A DNA stretch of 58,721 nt from Octopus sinensis (Eukaryota): the NCBI RefSeq assembly GCF_006345805.1, contig NW_021833103.1, positions 1-58,721 of the forward strand, in the 5' to 3' direction. Numbering within the stretch: the first letter of the stretch is position 1; each line of letters starts with the position of its first letter. Positions 11,684-24,360 of this stretch are shown here, one piece after another. The notes beneath the pieces were generated by a model. The model saw only the letters and a list, made by a program, of their open reading frames with translations. It was not told the DNA's origin and made no database searches. The translations under genes were made by a program, and so were the position numbers.

Positions 11684-12263
11684 ATATATACATATATACA
11701 CGTATTTACACACACACACATAAGTGACGACCTTTAAGTTCGGTATCTTGGACAGAAATCTCTCTGGTTTTTATCTGTTTATGTATTAAGAAGGAATATA
11801 TGTGGAAAGACGAACAAAATCAAGTGTGTGTGTATATATATATCTTCCTCTCTTATCCGATACACGCACACACGTACATACACACGTATATATGTGTGTT
11901 AGTATTTATATACATGCATAGACACATAGCGACATGCAAACACACAAACACACAACAGGGGACCGTAATGTTTGGATTATATCTTTAGGTTTCTGGGTCA
12001 TGAGAAAACGGTAATGAAGTTATAAACATGGCAGCCGGTCAGGGGCAGATAATTCCCTTTTGCTACGAAATAGGTTGGAGACAAAAATATAATGTCGGTT
12101 CAGTATGAAGATCTGATTAGTTGTAACCTAATTCTTGACATTTCAGGAGGAATAAGAAGAGTTCGTTATGTGATCAGGGGACAGCGTTTTGATTGATAAA
12201 TGTCACGTCAAGGTCATGCCCTTTTCAATACAGCAAGTTGCATATTGACGACAACAAACAAGC

Positions 12264-12600
<337 letters not shown>

Positions 12601-12944
12601 TGCTGAACTATTAAGGACAAATATTTTTTTATGATCACAAAAGAATACAACGAAGATGAGTCAGTAGTCTAAAAATGCAATTAAACTATTCTCATGATAC
12701 ACCTCGGATACAATATATATATTCATATGTCGCCATGTGTGTGTGTGTGTGTGTGTGTGTGATTATTCAATTCTATTTCAAGATTTTTTGCCAATAGAGA
12801 AAGAACCGGTTGCTAATCTAGATCCAAGGCTTCTTCACTGGAATTTCACCAACATCAACAAGGTATTTGTTTTTGTATGCATGTATCTGTGTAGTAATTG
12901 GAGTCAGTAATGCATGTGTGTGTGTATGTATGTATATATGTATT

Positions 12945-13500
12945 ATGTCAGGTCACTTCGAGTGCTACTGGTAATATGTAACCCAGTACAACCTGTTGCA
13001 TGGTCGGGTCGTCGGCGACTAAACCGGCAACCCCACCAAGCTTGCTTGGTGAGGAGGGTGTTTATTGGACACCCCGCGGAATGAAAAACAAAACCCGTCA
13101 AAGGGCGGAGGAACTCTTGAGAGTCAACGGCCATCCAATAAATGTCTTAAGGCTGTATCATGCGCAGGGACATAGAAATAATCGCACTGAATACCCGATC
13201 GCGCGGTTAAACCATTGGGAGTGAAGGACTCCTAGCCTTTGTTAGGGCATCCTTCTGGTAGAAGGTAACTCAGGTAACTGGGATAACTCAGACATAAAAC
13301 CTGCGGCTCAGTGGTTACCGATGATGTTGACTTGTTCTTCTTTTCGGATAATGGCTGCTGTTGCTTAGTGAGTGGGATTGACTCAGTGCACAGCCTTTCT
13401 TCGCTTAAAAAAAAAATCTTCTTGCACAGGCATTGCACAATAACAACATTGATTAATCTTCGTGCAATGGCCATACTCGATAACGAGGAGGCAGCCACCA
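12945..13500 (+). mobile_element. Probable non-coding RTE derivative (5' UTR-like part joined to an RTE-like 3' end)
   Basis: GGCAACCCCACC and GGGCATCCTTCTGGTAGAAGGTAACTC...AAACC resemble RTE 5' UTR motifs as I recall them; GCCATACTCGATAACGAGGAGGCAGCCACCA resembles RTE 3' ends and runs directly into (TGTA)n; no RT ORF. Confidence 0.5.
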
Positions 13501-15578
13501 TGTATGTATGTATGTATGTATGTATGCATGTATGTATGTATGTATGTATGTATGTATGTATGTATGTATGTATGTATGTATGTATGTATGTATGATGTAT
13601 GTATGTATGTATGTATGTATGTATGTATGTATGTATCATGTATGTATGTATGTTGTATGTATGTATGTATCATGTATGTATGTATGTTGTATGTATGTAT
13701 GCATGTAGTAGTATGTATGTATGTATGTATGTATGTATGTATGTATGTTTGTATGTATGTATGTATGTATGTATGTTTGTATGTATGTATGTATGCATGT
13801 ATGTATGTTTGTATGTATGTATGTATGTATGTATGTTTGTATGTATGTATGTATGCATGTATGTATGTATGTATGTATGTATGTATGTATGTATGTATGT
13901 ATGTATGTATGCATGCATGTATGTATGTATGTATGTATGTATGTATGTATGTATGCATGTATGTATGTATGTATGCATGTATGTATGTATGTATGTATGT
14001 ATGTATGTATGTATGTATGTGTGTATGTATGCATGCATGTATGCATGTATGTATGTATGTATGTATGTATGTATGTATGTATGTTTGTATGTATGTATGT
14101 ATGCATGCATGTATGTATGTATGTATTGTATGTATGTATGTATGTATGTATGTATGTATGTATGTATGCATGCATGCATGTATGTATGTATGTAGTATGT
14201 ATGTATGTATGTATGTATGTATGCATGTATGTATGTGTGTGTGTATGTAGTATGTATGTATGTATGTATGCATGTATGTATGTATGTTTGTATGTATGTA
14301 TGTATGTATGTATGTTTGTATGTATGTATGTATGCATGTATGTATGTATGTATGTATGTATGTATGCATGTATGTATGTATGTATGTATGTATGTATGCA
14401 TGTATGTATGTATGTATGTATGTATGTATGTATGTATGTATGTATGCATGCATGTATGTATGTATGTATGTATGTATGTATGTATGTATGTTGTATGTAT
14501 GCATGTATGTATGTATGTATGTATGTATGTATGTATGTATGTATGCATGTATGTATGTATGTATGTATGTATGCATGTATGTATGTATGTATGTATGTAT
14601 GCATGTATGTATGTATGTATGCATGTATGTATGTATGTATGTATGTATGTATGTATGTATGCATGTATGTATGTATGTATGTATGTATGCATGTATGTAT
14701 GTATGTATGCATGTATGCATGTATGTATGTATGTATGTATGTATGCATGCATGCATGTATGTATGTATGTATGTATGTTTGTATGTATGTATGTATGCAT
14801 GTATGTATGTATGTATGTATGTATGTATGTTTGTATGTATGTATGTATGTATGTATGTATGTTTGTATGTATGTATGTATGCATGTATGTATGTATGTAT
14901 GTATGTATGTATGTATGTATGTATGCATGCATGTATGTATGTATGTATGTATGTATGCATGTATGTATGTGTGTGTGTGTATGTATGTATGTATGTATGT
15001 ATGTATGCATGTATGTATGTGTATGTATGTATGCATGTATGTATGTATGTATGTATGTATGTTTGTATGTATGTATGTATGCATGTATGTATGTATGTAT
15101 GTATGTATGCATGTATGTATGTATGTATGTATGTATGTATGTATGCATGTATGTATGTATGTATGTATGTATGTATGTATGTATGTATGCATGTATGTAT
15201 GTATGTATGTATGTATGCATGTATGTATGTATGTATGCATGTATGTATGTGTATGTATGTATGTATGTATGTATGTATGTATGTATGTATGTATGTATGT
15301 ATGTATGTTTGTATGTATGTATGTATGCATGTATGTATGTATGTATGTATGTATGTATGCATGTATGTATGTATGTATGTATGCATGTATGTATGTATGT
15401 ATGTGTGTGTGTATGTATGTATGTATGTATGTATGTATGTATGCATGTATGTATGTATGTTTGTATGTATGTATGTATGCATGTATGTGTGTGTGTATGT
15501 ATGTATGTATGTATGTATGTTTGTATGTATGTATGTATGTATGTATGTATGTATGTATGTATGTATGCATGCATGTAT
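13501..15578. repeat. ~2.1-kb (TATG)n satellite with CATG/TTTG/TGTG variants
   Basis: Direct reading; source of the 400-700 aa MYVC/HTYI ORFs. Confidence 0.97.
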
Positions 15579-15968
15579 TTAACTTGTAGAATGGCGGATT
15601 GGAAGAATCATGAGAGCGTATGAGAAAATGCCTGACAATATTCTTTGTTCCAACTCTTTATCTTCTGAATCGAAATCCCTTTGAAGTCATGCTCCTCCCT
15701 CTAGGGCTCCATATGCTCGACTATCCCCTGCTCCCATAAATTTCTGATCCTGCGCCTGCGTAAGATTCATAATATTTTCGACCAGCTACAACCACGAAGA
15801 TTTTGTCAGTGGAAGGAGGACGAAAGCGATGTATATTTGAAGAACTCTGAGTCTAATGGGAAACGGGGAGGAAGTTTTGGTTTGACCTGGTCTAGATACT
15901 CCCATTAGAATGGACCCTGCTAACACCAACGGAAGACCAAGTGATGCCTTAACCCTTATATATTGTAA

Positions 15969-16180
15969 CTGGCAGAAACGTTAGCGCGCTGGGTGAAATG
16001 CGTAGCTGTATTTCGTCTGCCGTTACGTTCTGAGTTCAAATTCCGCCGAGGTCGACTTTGCCTTTCATCCTTTCGGGGTCGATAAATTAAGTACCAGTTA
16101 CGCACTGGGGTCGACGTAATCCGTCTGTCTGTCCTTGTTTGTCCCCTCTGTGTTTAGCCTCTTGCGGGTAGTAAAGAAAT
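15969..16180 (+). mobile_element. SINE family A with tail type 2
   Basis: TGGCAGAAACGTTAGC...GAGTTCAAATTCCGCCGAGGTCGAC...GTCCTTGTTTGTCCCCTCTGTGTTTAGC...AGTAAAGAAATA. Confidence 0.9.
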
Positions 16181-16723
16181 ATATATTGATTCAGTATTTT
16201 AAATACGTTCTAATATCTAGTTTTCCTTCATTTTAGTTCACTCGAGTCGACACTGTCATTCAGCAATTCAGACTTAGTATAATACTTACCAGTGAAATAC
16301 CTTGAGCACTTCATTGACTCCATCTTTCTATTTTTGAGGATTTCTTTGATAGTTCAGAGATATCTGAACTAAATGACGCCATCTTGGTTGCTAAATCTAA
16401 ACAGAACAATTTGTAGAATCAGCAGTGATTTAATAGCAAACATGGATTTCCATAACGAAACCTTATTCAAAATATCAAGGGAACATATTTCCCTTCAAAT
16501 CTCTTTGGTGAGTTTGATATTTCCTCAGGAAAATAAAATATATTTCTAAATGTAAACACGGTTTATCGCAGTCGACAGAAGTACCATATGTTTATGGTAG
16601 AATTTTTTTCGCTAATATTTATAATTTTCTGTTGAATATTTATAAAACTACATATCTCTCCCATTGTTAAATGTATGTTAACTTCCATCACAGTTGTGTT
16701 GCTATGTTTGTTTTTAAAAATAC

Positions 16724-16788
<65 letters not shown>

Positions 16789-16939
16789 TTTTGGAGTTGA
16801 AGTAATTATCCTAGTTCCTGTCCCATTATCTGGGTTCAAGAATATGCAGAATACTTTTTTTAATATTTTTTACATTTTCAGCGTTTGAGGTGGTTGTTCT
16901 GCGAATCGGGTCACGAAGTGAAAGACAGCTGCAATTAGT

Positions 16940-17280
16940 TAGTTAATTTTGGCTCAAAAAGCAAAAAGCAAGGCCATGTAGGGGGACATGGAGTTATGTA
17001 CAGGGTGGTGTTCATGCAAAGAGTTCAGGCCACTTGAGGTCAAGGGAGACTTTGAACAAAGCGGTCGTCGGCATCTTCACCATCTCGTCTGGCAGCTTGT
17101 TCCACGGATCCGCAACCCGGACGGAGAAAGCCCCTCTCCTTCGATTGAGATGAAATCGTCGCAGATAGAGCTTTTCGGAATGACCCTGCAGCCGACGCTC
17201 TGGAGCAGGAGTGAAGAACAGCTCTTTCGAGAGGTTACACTTTCCGCTTATGATGTTGTGAGCAAGAATGAGATCACCAA
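16940..17280 (-). mobile_element. CR1/L2-group LINE 3' fragment
   Basis: GDLILAHNII...RRLQGHSEKL...AFSVRVADPWNKLP...FKVSLD C-terminal motif, then 3' UTR and (AACT)n tail. Confidence 0.85.
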
Positions 17281-17565
17281 TGTTTGAGGATGAATCAGCG
17301 ATGTAGATGATGATGATACATTTGTTGGTTAAACAAAGGAACGAATATCTCTGGAAGTTTCTAATCAAAATTATGTGCCACCAACAATTTTCCAATACCT
17401 GAGATAAACGAAGGCAAGGCGGCGATATGGGGGTTAGAACATTGTAGTTAGGGGTTGAAATAAACTGAAATTTGAACACATACACACGCGCATGTTTACA
17501 TACACATTCACAGATACATAAATTCTTTGTGGATCATGCATTTTCTTAGATTCGATTATTCGTCC

Positions 17566-17654
17566 ACTTGGGCAAAGTGTCTTCTACTATACCCTCGGGC
17601 CGACCAAAGCCTTGTGAGTGGATTTGGTAGACGGAAACTGAAAGAAGTCCGTCG

Positions 17655-17712
<58 letters not shown>

Positions 17713-17907
17713 TCCCCCCGAACATCGTTTGATAACCGGTGCTGGTGTGTTTACGTCCCCGTTACTTAGCGGTTCGGCAAAAGAGACCGATAGAATAAGT
17801 ACTGGGCTTACAAAAAGAATAAGTCCCGGGGTCGAGTTGCTCGACTAAAAGCGGTGCTCCAGCATGGCCGCAGTCAAATGACTGAAACAAGTAAAAGAGT
17901 AAAAGAG
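17566..17907 (+). mobile_element. SINE family B, 5'-truncated
   Basis: Starts in the CORE-like domain; internal (TA)(TG); normal tail. Confidence 0.88.
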
Positions 17908-18021
17908 AATAAAAAAAAATCATTGATATAAATTCATTGATTAATAAACATTGATGTTTCATTCAGGCAAATGCATACAAGGGACTGCAGAAAGACCTCC
18001 CAGTCTTGTCGTTCCGATATA

Positions 18022-18421
18022 TCTTCTTTATATATAAAAGTCAAGTCGTGTGTCTGTCTCCTACGATTTAGATTCCTAACTACTCCCACATTTTGCGGTG
18101 CAGTTTAACCAAAACCGGGTATCTTATAGTCGTGATTCATATCGAGCCCTTCTGGGTATTAGCGCGCGTCTACGATGAGTCTACGATTTAAAAAAAAATT
18201 TACCATAATTTTTTCCATTTTAATGCATTTTTTCGCTATTATATAAGGGAAGTAACTCTCTAAAAATGTCTACGATGAGTCAACGATTTAAAAAAAAATT
18301 TACCATCATTTTTTTTCCATTTTTAATGCATTTTTTTGCTATTTTTGGGCTATAACTCTCTAAAAATGCTTATATAGTTATTTCCCTTACAAACCCGAGC
18401 AACGCCGGGCGATACTACTAG
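18022..18421 (+). mobile_element. Non-autonomous Helitron (~400 bp)
   Basis: 5' TC (TCTTCTTTATATATAAAAG), subterminal GC hairpin CCCGAGCAACGCCGGG (18394-18409), 3' CTAG, inserted between A and T with no TSD; internal ~100-bp tandem duplication. Confidence 0.85.
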
Positions 18422-18766
18422 TATTAAGTAAAAAGTTAGGTCTTCATTTAGCTCATGTTTTACTGTTACCATTATGGTTTAAACCATTCACATCGTGCGT
18501 TTGACAATCTGTCAAATGTAGGAGGCTTTCTTGCCGCGCCTTTTCTCGGTCAAAAATATAAAAAAATGTCTAATTTGTTACAAGAGCCGCAGTTCTGGCT
18601 GTGTTATTAAGATCAAGAGTTCAAATCATTGCTATCGATATTGTGCTTTACCATTTCCTTTACATATTTTCGGCCATTGAATTGTGTCCATGCTGGGGCT
18701 TTGTTTTTCTAAAAAAAAAAGTCTGGTACTTATTCCATTAGGCATTTTGCCGAACTGCTAAGTTAC

Positions 18767-19318
18767 GGTGAAAATATTTCTCTTATGGTAAAAAGGTGTG
18801 AAAAAACCCCGGTTTGTTGAGTGTCGCCATCTAGCAGGAATTCCAAGCATCGATGCTTCGAATTTTTTTGACGCCATATTAACTGCAGAGTATTTTCCTT
18901 TTAGCAGATGAAATATATCACAAACCTATTTTAGCTAACCTAAATTTTGCTTATGACTAAACACTTTTTTGCGCTAACATTTCATTATTTTCCTCCATCG
19001 GGCGATCTACCGACGCAATTCCTCCATCGGGCGATCTACCGACGCAAATCAGTCAACGTTGTTGACTGAGTTTTGCATAAAGCTATTGTTTTATAAGTTT
19101 ATTCAAAGTTTCCTCTCTTAGGTACATCCCATTGACGAGTCAAAAATCTCGAAACATCGATGCCTGGGATTCTTGATAGATGGCGACACTGAATACACCG
19201 GATGTCTTCACACCTTTTTATCATAAGAGATATTTTCTCCACGGCGACTGCAGAGAATTTGCCTTTTAGCAGTTGAAATACGTCACAAACATATTTTAAC
19301 TACCTAAATTTTGCTTAT
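18767..19318. repeat. Composite inverted plus direct repeat structure (MITE-like)
   Basis: A 18767-18872 is inverted to A' 19139-19240 (roughly 80% by eye); B 18882-18954 is direct to B' 19247-19318; 29-bp perfect tandem duplication at 18990-19047. Confidence 0.75.
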
Positions 19319-19398
19319 ATATATGTATATATATGCATATATATATATATATCACCATATTGGACCGTTGAACTCTGCATATTTTTTTCTCTCTCTCT

Positions 19399-19794
19399 CT
19401 CTTTTACTTGTTTCAGTCATTTGACTGTGGCCATGCTGGAGCACCGCCTTTAGTCGAGCAAATAGACCCAGGACTTATTGTTTGTAAGCCCAGTACTTAT
19501 TATATCTTTTGCCGAACCGCTAAGTTACGGGGACGTAAACACACCAGCATCGGTTGTCAAGCGATGTTGGGGGGGGGACAAACACAGACACACAAACGTA
19601 TACACACGCATACATATATATATACATATATACGACGGGCGTGTTTCAGTTTCCGTCTACCAAATCCACTCACAATGCTTTGGTCTGCCCGAGGCTATAG
19701 TAGAAGAGACTTGCCCAAGGTGCCACGCATCGGACTGAACCCGGAACCATGTGGCTGGTAAGCAAGCTACTTACCACACAGCCATTCCTACGCC
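19399..19794 (-). mobile_element. SINE family B, full length
   Basis: Complete head-to-tail match on the reverse strand. Confidence 0.92.
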
Positions 19795-19965
19795 TTTTTT
19801 TTTCATTATGGCTCCACTTTTTTCCTCATAATCTTTTCGTCGAAGAGCGTTGGCTCGAAACCCCAAAGACTTTTCCATTTTTCCTGAGAGTCAAACTAGT
19901 ACACCTGCTTGTTGATCCTATACCTGTCTTTGTCTTTCGTTTGCTGTAAATTTGAACTATATGAT
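19795..19965 (+). mobile_element. Short Penelope-pLTR-like element with a degenerate hammerhead
   Basis: CTTTTCGTCGAAGAGCGTTGGCTCGAAACCCCAAAGAC is homologous to 43018-43053; stem III lost. Confidence 0.55.
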
Positions 19966-20316
19966 GCAGATAAGGAAATAATTTTAATCTCAAACGTAGG
20001 ATAATGCTAATAATATAGCACGAACAGGATAAACTATCCATATTTTGCAGAAAAATCTGTCGGCGGCCAGCTATGAGCCTTGACTCACATCCCTGTGATT
20101 ACGCATCAAGTGCTTTACCATTAAGCTAAACTCTCTCAACGAGAAATTCTTCTGCAAATTTAGGACATATAAATCTAGCTTTGTAAGATGCTATATTATA
20201 AGCATTATCTTGCGTTTGAGATTAAAATTATTTCCTTATCTGTATCTTTCAATACATCTCAACACTTCTAAAGCAAACTTTGTTGACTTTCAACCTAAGT
20301 TGAATTTAACACGCGC

Positions 20317-20366
<50 letters not shown>

Positions 20367-20467
20367 GCACGCACGCACGCACACATATATATATGGCGTT
20401 AAGCATTTTGCCCGGCATGCTAACGAATCTGCCAGCTCGCTGCCTTGTATATATATATATGTATATA

Positions 20468-20510
<43 letters not shown>

Positions 20511-20530
20511 ATATATAATATTATATATAT

Positions 20531-20576
<46 letters not shown>

Positions 20577-20586
20577 ATATATACAC

Positions 20587-20618
<32 letters not shown>

Positions 20619-20645
20619 GTATATATATATATGTATATATATATG

Positions 20646-20699
<54 letters not shown>

Positions 20700-20702
<3 letters not shown>

Positions 20703-20809
20703 ATCACGTGACCGACCAGACCATCAGATGATGTAACACATCGCTGGTCACAATGCGTTCGCATTGTTTTAGCCTTCGAATGACGCCACCCCGCTGGCTA
20801 AGCGAGCAG

Positions 20810-20812
<3 letters not shown>
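20700..20812 (-). mobile_element. Isolated SINE tail type X
   Basis: Near-identical to 4995-5100, embedded in (TA)n. Confidence 0.8.
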
Positions 20813-20879
<67 letters not shown>

Positions 20880-20884
20880 AAGGG

Positions 20885-21969
20885 TGAAAAGGAACACACG
20901 AGTTGATATATATGAAAAAACAAGTCAAAATAGAAAATGCTAAAATAATTTGTGAATTCTTGGTAGGGTAGAAGAAGAAGAAGGTTGATGAGGAGAGGGG
21001 GTGGAAAAATTTGGGAGTGCCTTGATGGTCGTATTTTGAATGGTCAGTGGCGGCTAGCAGTTGCAGTTCAATTCAGGAGAATATTTCTATTGAAAGGTTT
21101 GTTTATGGAATTTGCGTAGGTGTTATACTAAAAAGCATTAGTGATAAAGTTAAGAGGTAGAAGGTGGAGAAGAAGAAGAAGAAGGAGAAGAAGAAGAAGA
21201 AGAAGAAGAAGAAGAAGAGAAGAAGAAGAAGGAGAAGGAGAGGAAGAAGATGATGATGATGGTGATGATGATGACGACGATGATGATGATAATGATGATG
21301 ATGAAGAAGAAGAGGAAGAAGAAGAAAAAAGAGGGGAGAATATGAATGGGTGAAAGTAGTGAGGTGTTTATGACTTGAAGTTGGCACGTTATGGATTATA
21401 GCTGTGATTGGGGCTGATTTGTAATGGATTTTTGGAATGTAATATTTGTGTGTGTATTTCTTTTATTCTAAAGTTGAGGTATATTAATCGTTTGTCGTAG
21501 ACCCTTTAAGAAGTGGCCTGTATTTTGTAATAAAGAGAGTTTCTTTACTTATTCGTTGTATCGAGGTTGTATCGTCCCTAAATTGGTAGAGGGGGAAAAT
21601 CCTGAAGCCTGGTGTTTTGTTGTTGGCGCAAGTATCTATGTGTTGGCTGAAAGCTATTTTTCTGTTTTGGGGAATTTTTATCTGGGATCTGTGCAGGGCC
21701 ATTCTTTTACGCAAACTATTTTTTGTTTGGCCTATGTACTGCTCTTGACACCCGGAGCAGGTTAGTGAGTATATTAGGTTCTCCGAAGCACATGTGAAGT
21801 TGCTTTTCACTGTAAACCGTTGTCCCTGTTTGAAGGAGAACTCTGATCCCTCAATTAGATAATCGCATATCCCGCAATTGGGTCTTCCACATTTTTTTAC
21901 TGTCGGCTTCTGTGTTGAAGAGTGTATTCGGGCTGAACCTTTCCTCCGGAGTCGTTGACCTAGTGGCAA
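20885..21969 (-). mobile_element. Penelope-like element 3' part: GIY-YIG endonuclease plus 3' UTR
   Basis: CGRPNCGIC linker, NLIYSLTCSGCQEQYIGQT (GIY-YIG), LHRSQI...HIDTC; C-rich 3' UTR with a (GAA)/(GAT) tract at about 21170-21325. Confidence 0.9.
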
Positions 21970-22644
21970 AATTTTAGACTAGTAATTAGAACTGTTTGCC
22001 ATTGGAATGCATTGTGTAATTTCACGCTGTGTTGGCCATTTCTTAAACTCTTTGGTTTTCGTTGTTTCAGAATGTCTCCTTCGCTTAACTTCGTCTCGAC
22101 AAATGAACGGTTAAGACCTGTGTTTTCGACTCTGAAGACAATAAAACTATGTATCTAATGAATAAGTCATGTGTAACTACACGAAGCAGGTAATTATATC
22201 TGCTTCATTTTGACCGAACCATGACGAATAAACACAAGATCAGCGAGTCTTACAATGGATAAAGAGAATATGAACTCTACAGAAATTTCGAAATAGTCAT
22301 TAACGTTATGACTCCTTTGTTGCCTTTGAATGCAATAATTACTTACAATGACATAAATATGTAAACGAATACAAGTGTGCTTGCTGCGGCATGTTTATAG
22401 GGCGTTTCTGAGTGGATTTCTTTATTTTGTTCGTAAAAGAAGTGTCCAGTCTGTGAACAGTATCGACTTCACTGGAATATGTGGAATAAATTGCTACGTA
22501 ATGTGAAAGTGTAACATGAGAGTCGTTAGGCGACTTCGTCATGGCAGATCGACGTCGACAACCGCTTTGGAGAACAACAGAATAATATTTTTCTTTTTCT
22601 GGAGTAAACAATGTATGTGTGTGTATGTGCATGTGCATGCGCGC

Positions 22645-22675
<31 letters not shown>

Positions 22676-23176
22676 CGTGTGTGTGTGTGCGTACATATAA
22701 AAAACACTTTTTCTTTTATTCAAGCTATCACAAAACATGTCGCACATAAATAAAGATATAAATAGGATTGGTGACACTAGTAGTATAATATTGTTTACCT
22801 TCTGTCAGATATTTCGCAATATCATTTTATCTGATGATTTAATTATAATAAAAGCGTCCGTGATGATCTCTAACACGTATATTAAACTCTGATATTCAAT
22901 TTCCTAAAAAAATATTGAAATATTCAATTAAAAAACGTACGGTTTGTATTTCTTTTCCGAGTCAATAAAGTACTGTACTCCTCTACTGTATATATACACC
23001 TTGCCGTATACATACACTTTGATGTATGTATAAACCTTGCTAAAAACATACACCTTGCTTTATATATACATCTTGTCGTATGTATACATCTTGTCGTGTG
23101 TATACAAGTTAAAGTAAGTTTACATACGCAAGGATGACACGCAAATTCGTGAAGCGTTCCATATTTTTTTTTTATA

Positions 23177-23580
23177 AGCGCAGGCGTGGTAAGTAGCTTG
23201 CTTACCAAGCACATGGTTCCGGTTTCAGTCCCACTGTGTGGTACCTTGGGCAAGTGTCTTCTAGTATAGCTGCAGGGCGACCAAACCTTGTGAGTGGATT
23301 TGGTAGACGGAAACTGAAAGAAGTCTGTGTATGTATGTGTGTGTGTGTGCGTGCGTGTGTGTGTGTTGTGTGTGTGTGTGTGTGTGTGTGTGTTTGTCCC
23401 TCCAACATCGCTTGACAACCGATGCTGGTGTGTTAGCGCTCCCATAACTTAGCGGCTCGGTAAAAGACACCGATAGAATAGGTACTAGGCTTACAAAAAC
23501 TAAGTCCTGAGGTCAATTCGTTCAACTAAAGGCGGTGCTCCAGCAAGGCCGCAGTCAAGTGACTGAAGCAAGTAAAAGAA
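23177..23580 (+). mobile_element. SINE family B
   Basis: Family match with a short deletion in the head. Confidence 0.88.
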
Positions 23581-23745
23581 TATACCGACAGGGAGCAGTG
23601 AGGGCGACAGGTGTCTCTGACTAAATTGCTCTCAGTTTTTTCCTTTCATGAAGTTGAAAGTTTCTGTGACGGCCCACGACCTTGTGGTATAAAAAGGGAT
23701 CGAACTATTGCGTTTGTGGAAATATTCTACTGTTACAGATTCTTT

Positions 23746-24137
23746 TCTACTCTAGACACAAGGCCCGAAATTTTGAGGGAGGGGTCAGTCGATTAGATCG
23801 TCCCCAGTATGTAACTGGTACTTAATTTATAGTCCCCAAAAGGACGAAAGGCAAAGTCGACCTCAGAGGAATTTGAACTCAGAACGTAAAAACAGACGAA
23901 ATACCTATTTCTTTACTACCCACAAGGGGCTAAACACAGAGAGGACAAACAAGGACAGACAAACGGATTAAGTCGATTAATTCGACCGCAGTGCGTCACT
24001 GGTACTTAATTTATCGATCCCCGATAGAATGAAAGGCAAAGTCGACCTCAGAGGAATTTGAACTCAGAACGTAACGGCAGACGAAATACTACTAAGCATT
24101 TCACCCAACATGCTAACGTTCCTGCCAGTTCGCCGCT
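23746..24137 (-). mobile_element. SINE family A dimer (tail 2 unit followed by tail 1 unit)
   Basis: Two bodies joined at AAAGAAATAG|GTATTTCGTCTG, the same junction as in the 34.7-kb array. Confidence 0.85.
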
Positions 24138-24159
24138 TTAATAATATTCTTTTCTCCCT

Positions 24160-24360
24160 TAGGCACAAGGCCCGAAATTTTGTGGGAGGGAGCCAGTCGA
24201 TTAGATCGACCCTAGTACGAAACTGGTACCTAATTTATCGATCCCGAAAGGATGAAAAGCAAGGTCAACCTCGGTGGAATTTGAACTCAAACCTAAAGAC
24301 AGATGAAATAACGCTAAGCATTTCGTCCGGCATGCTAACGTTTCTGCCAGCTCGCCGCCT
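24160..24360 (-). mobile_element. SINE family A with tail type 1
   Basis: GGCACAAGGCCCGAAATTTT tail and complete head. Confidence 0.88.

Noticed and set aside
12950-13040. Twister ribozyme at the RTE-like 5' end
   Set aside because: Has a TAA-CCC...GGG spacing but lacks the conserved P4 and pseudoknot sequence.
13383-15623. 400-700 aa ORFs (HTYI/MYVC repeats)
   Set aside because: Translations of (TATG)n, open in many frames on both strands; the same applies to the YIYI, THTH, LSIY and THSL ORFs elsewhere.
22825-22860. CTGATGA at about 22831 as a hammerhead
   Set aside because: No downstream GAAA with pairing stems.
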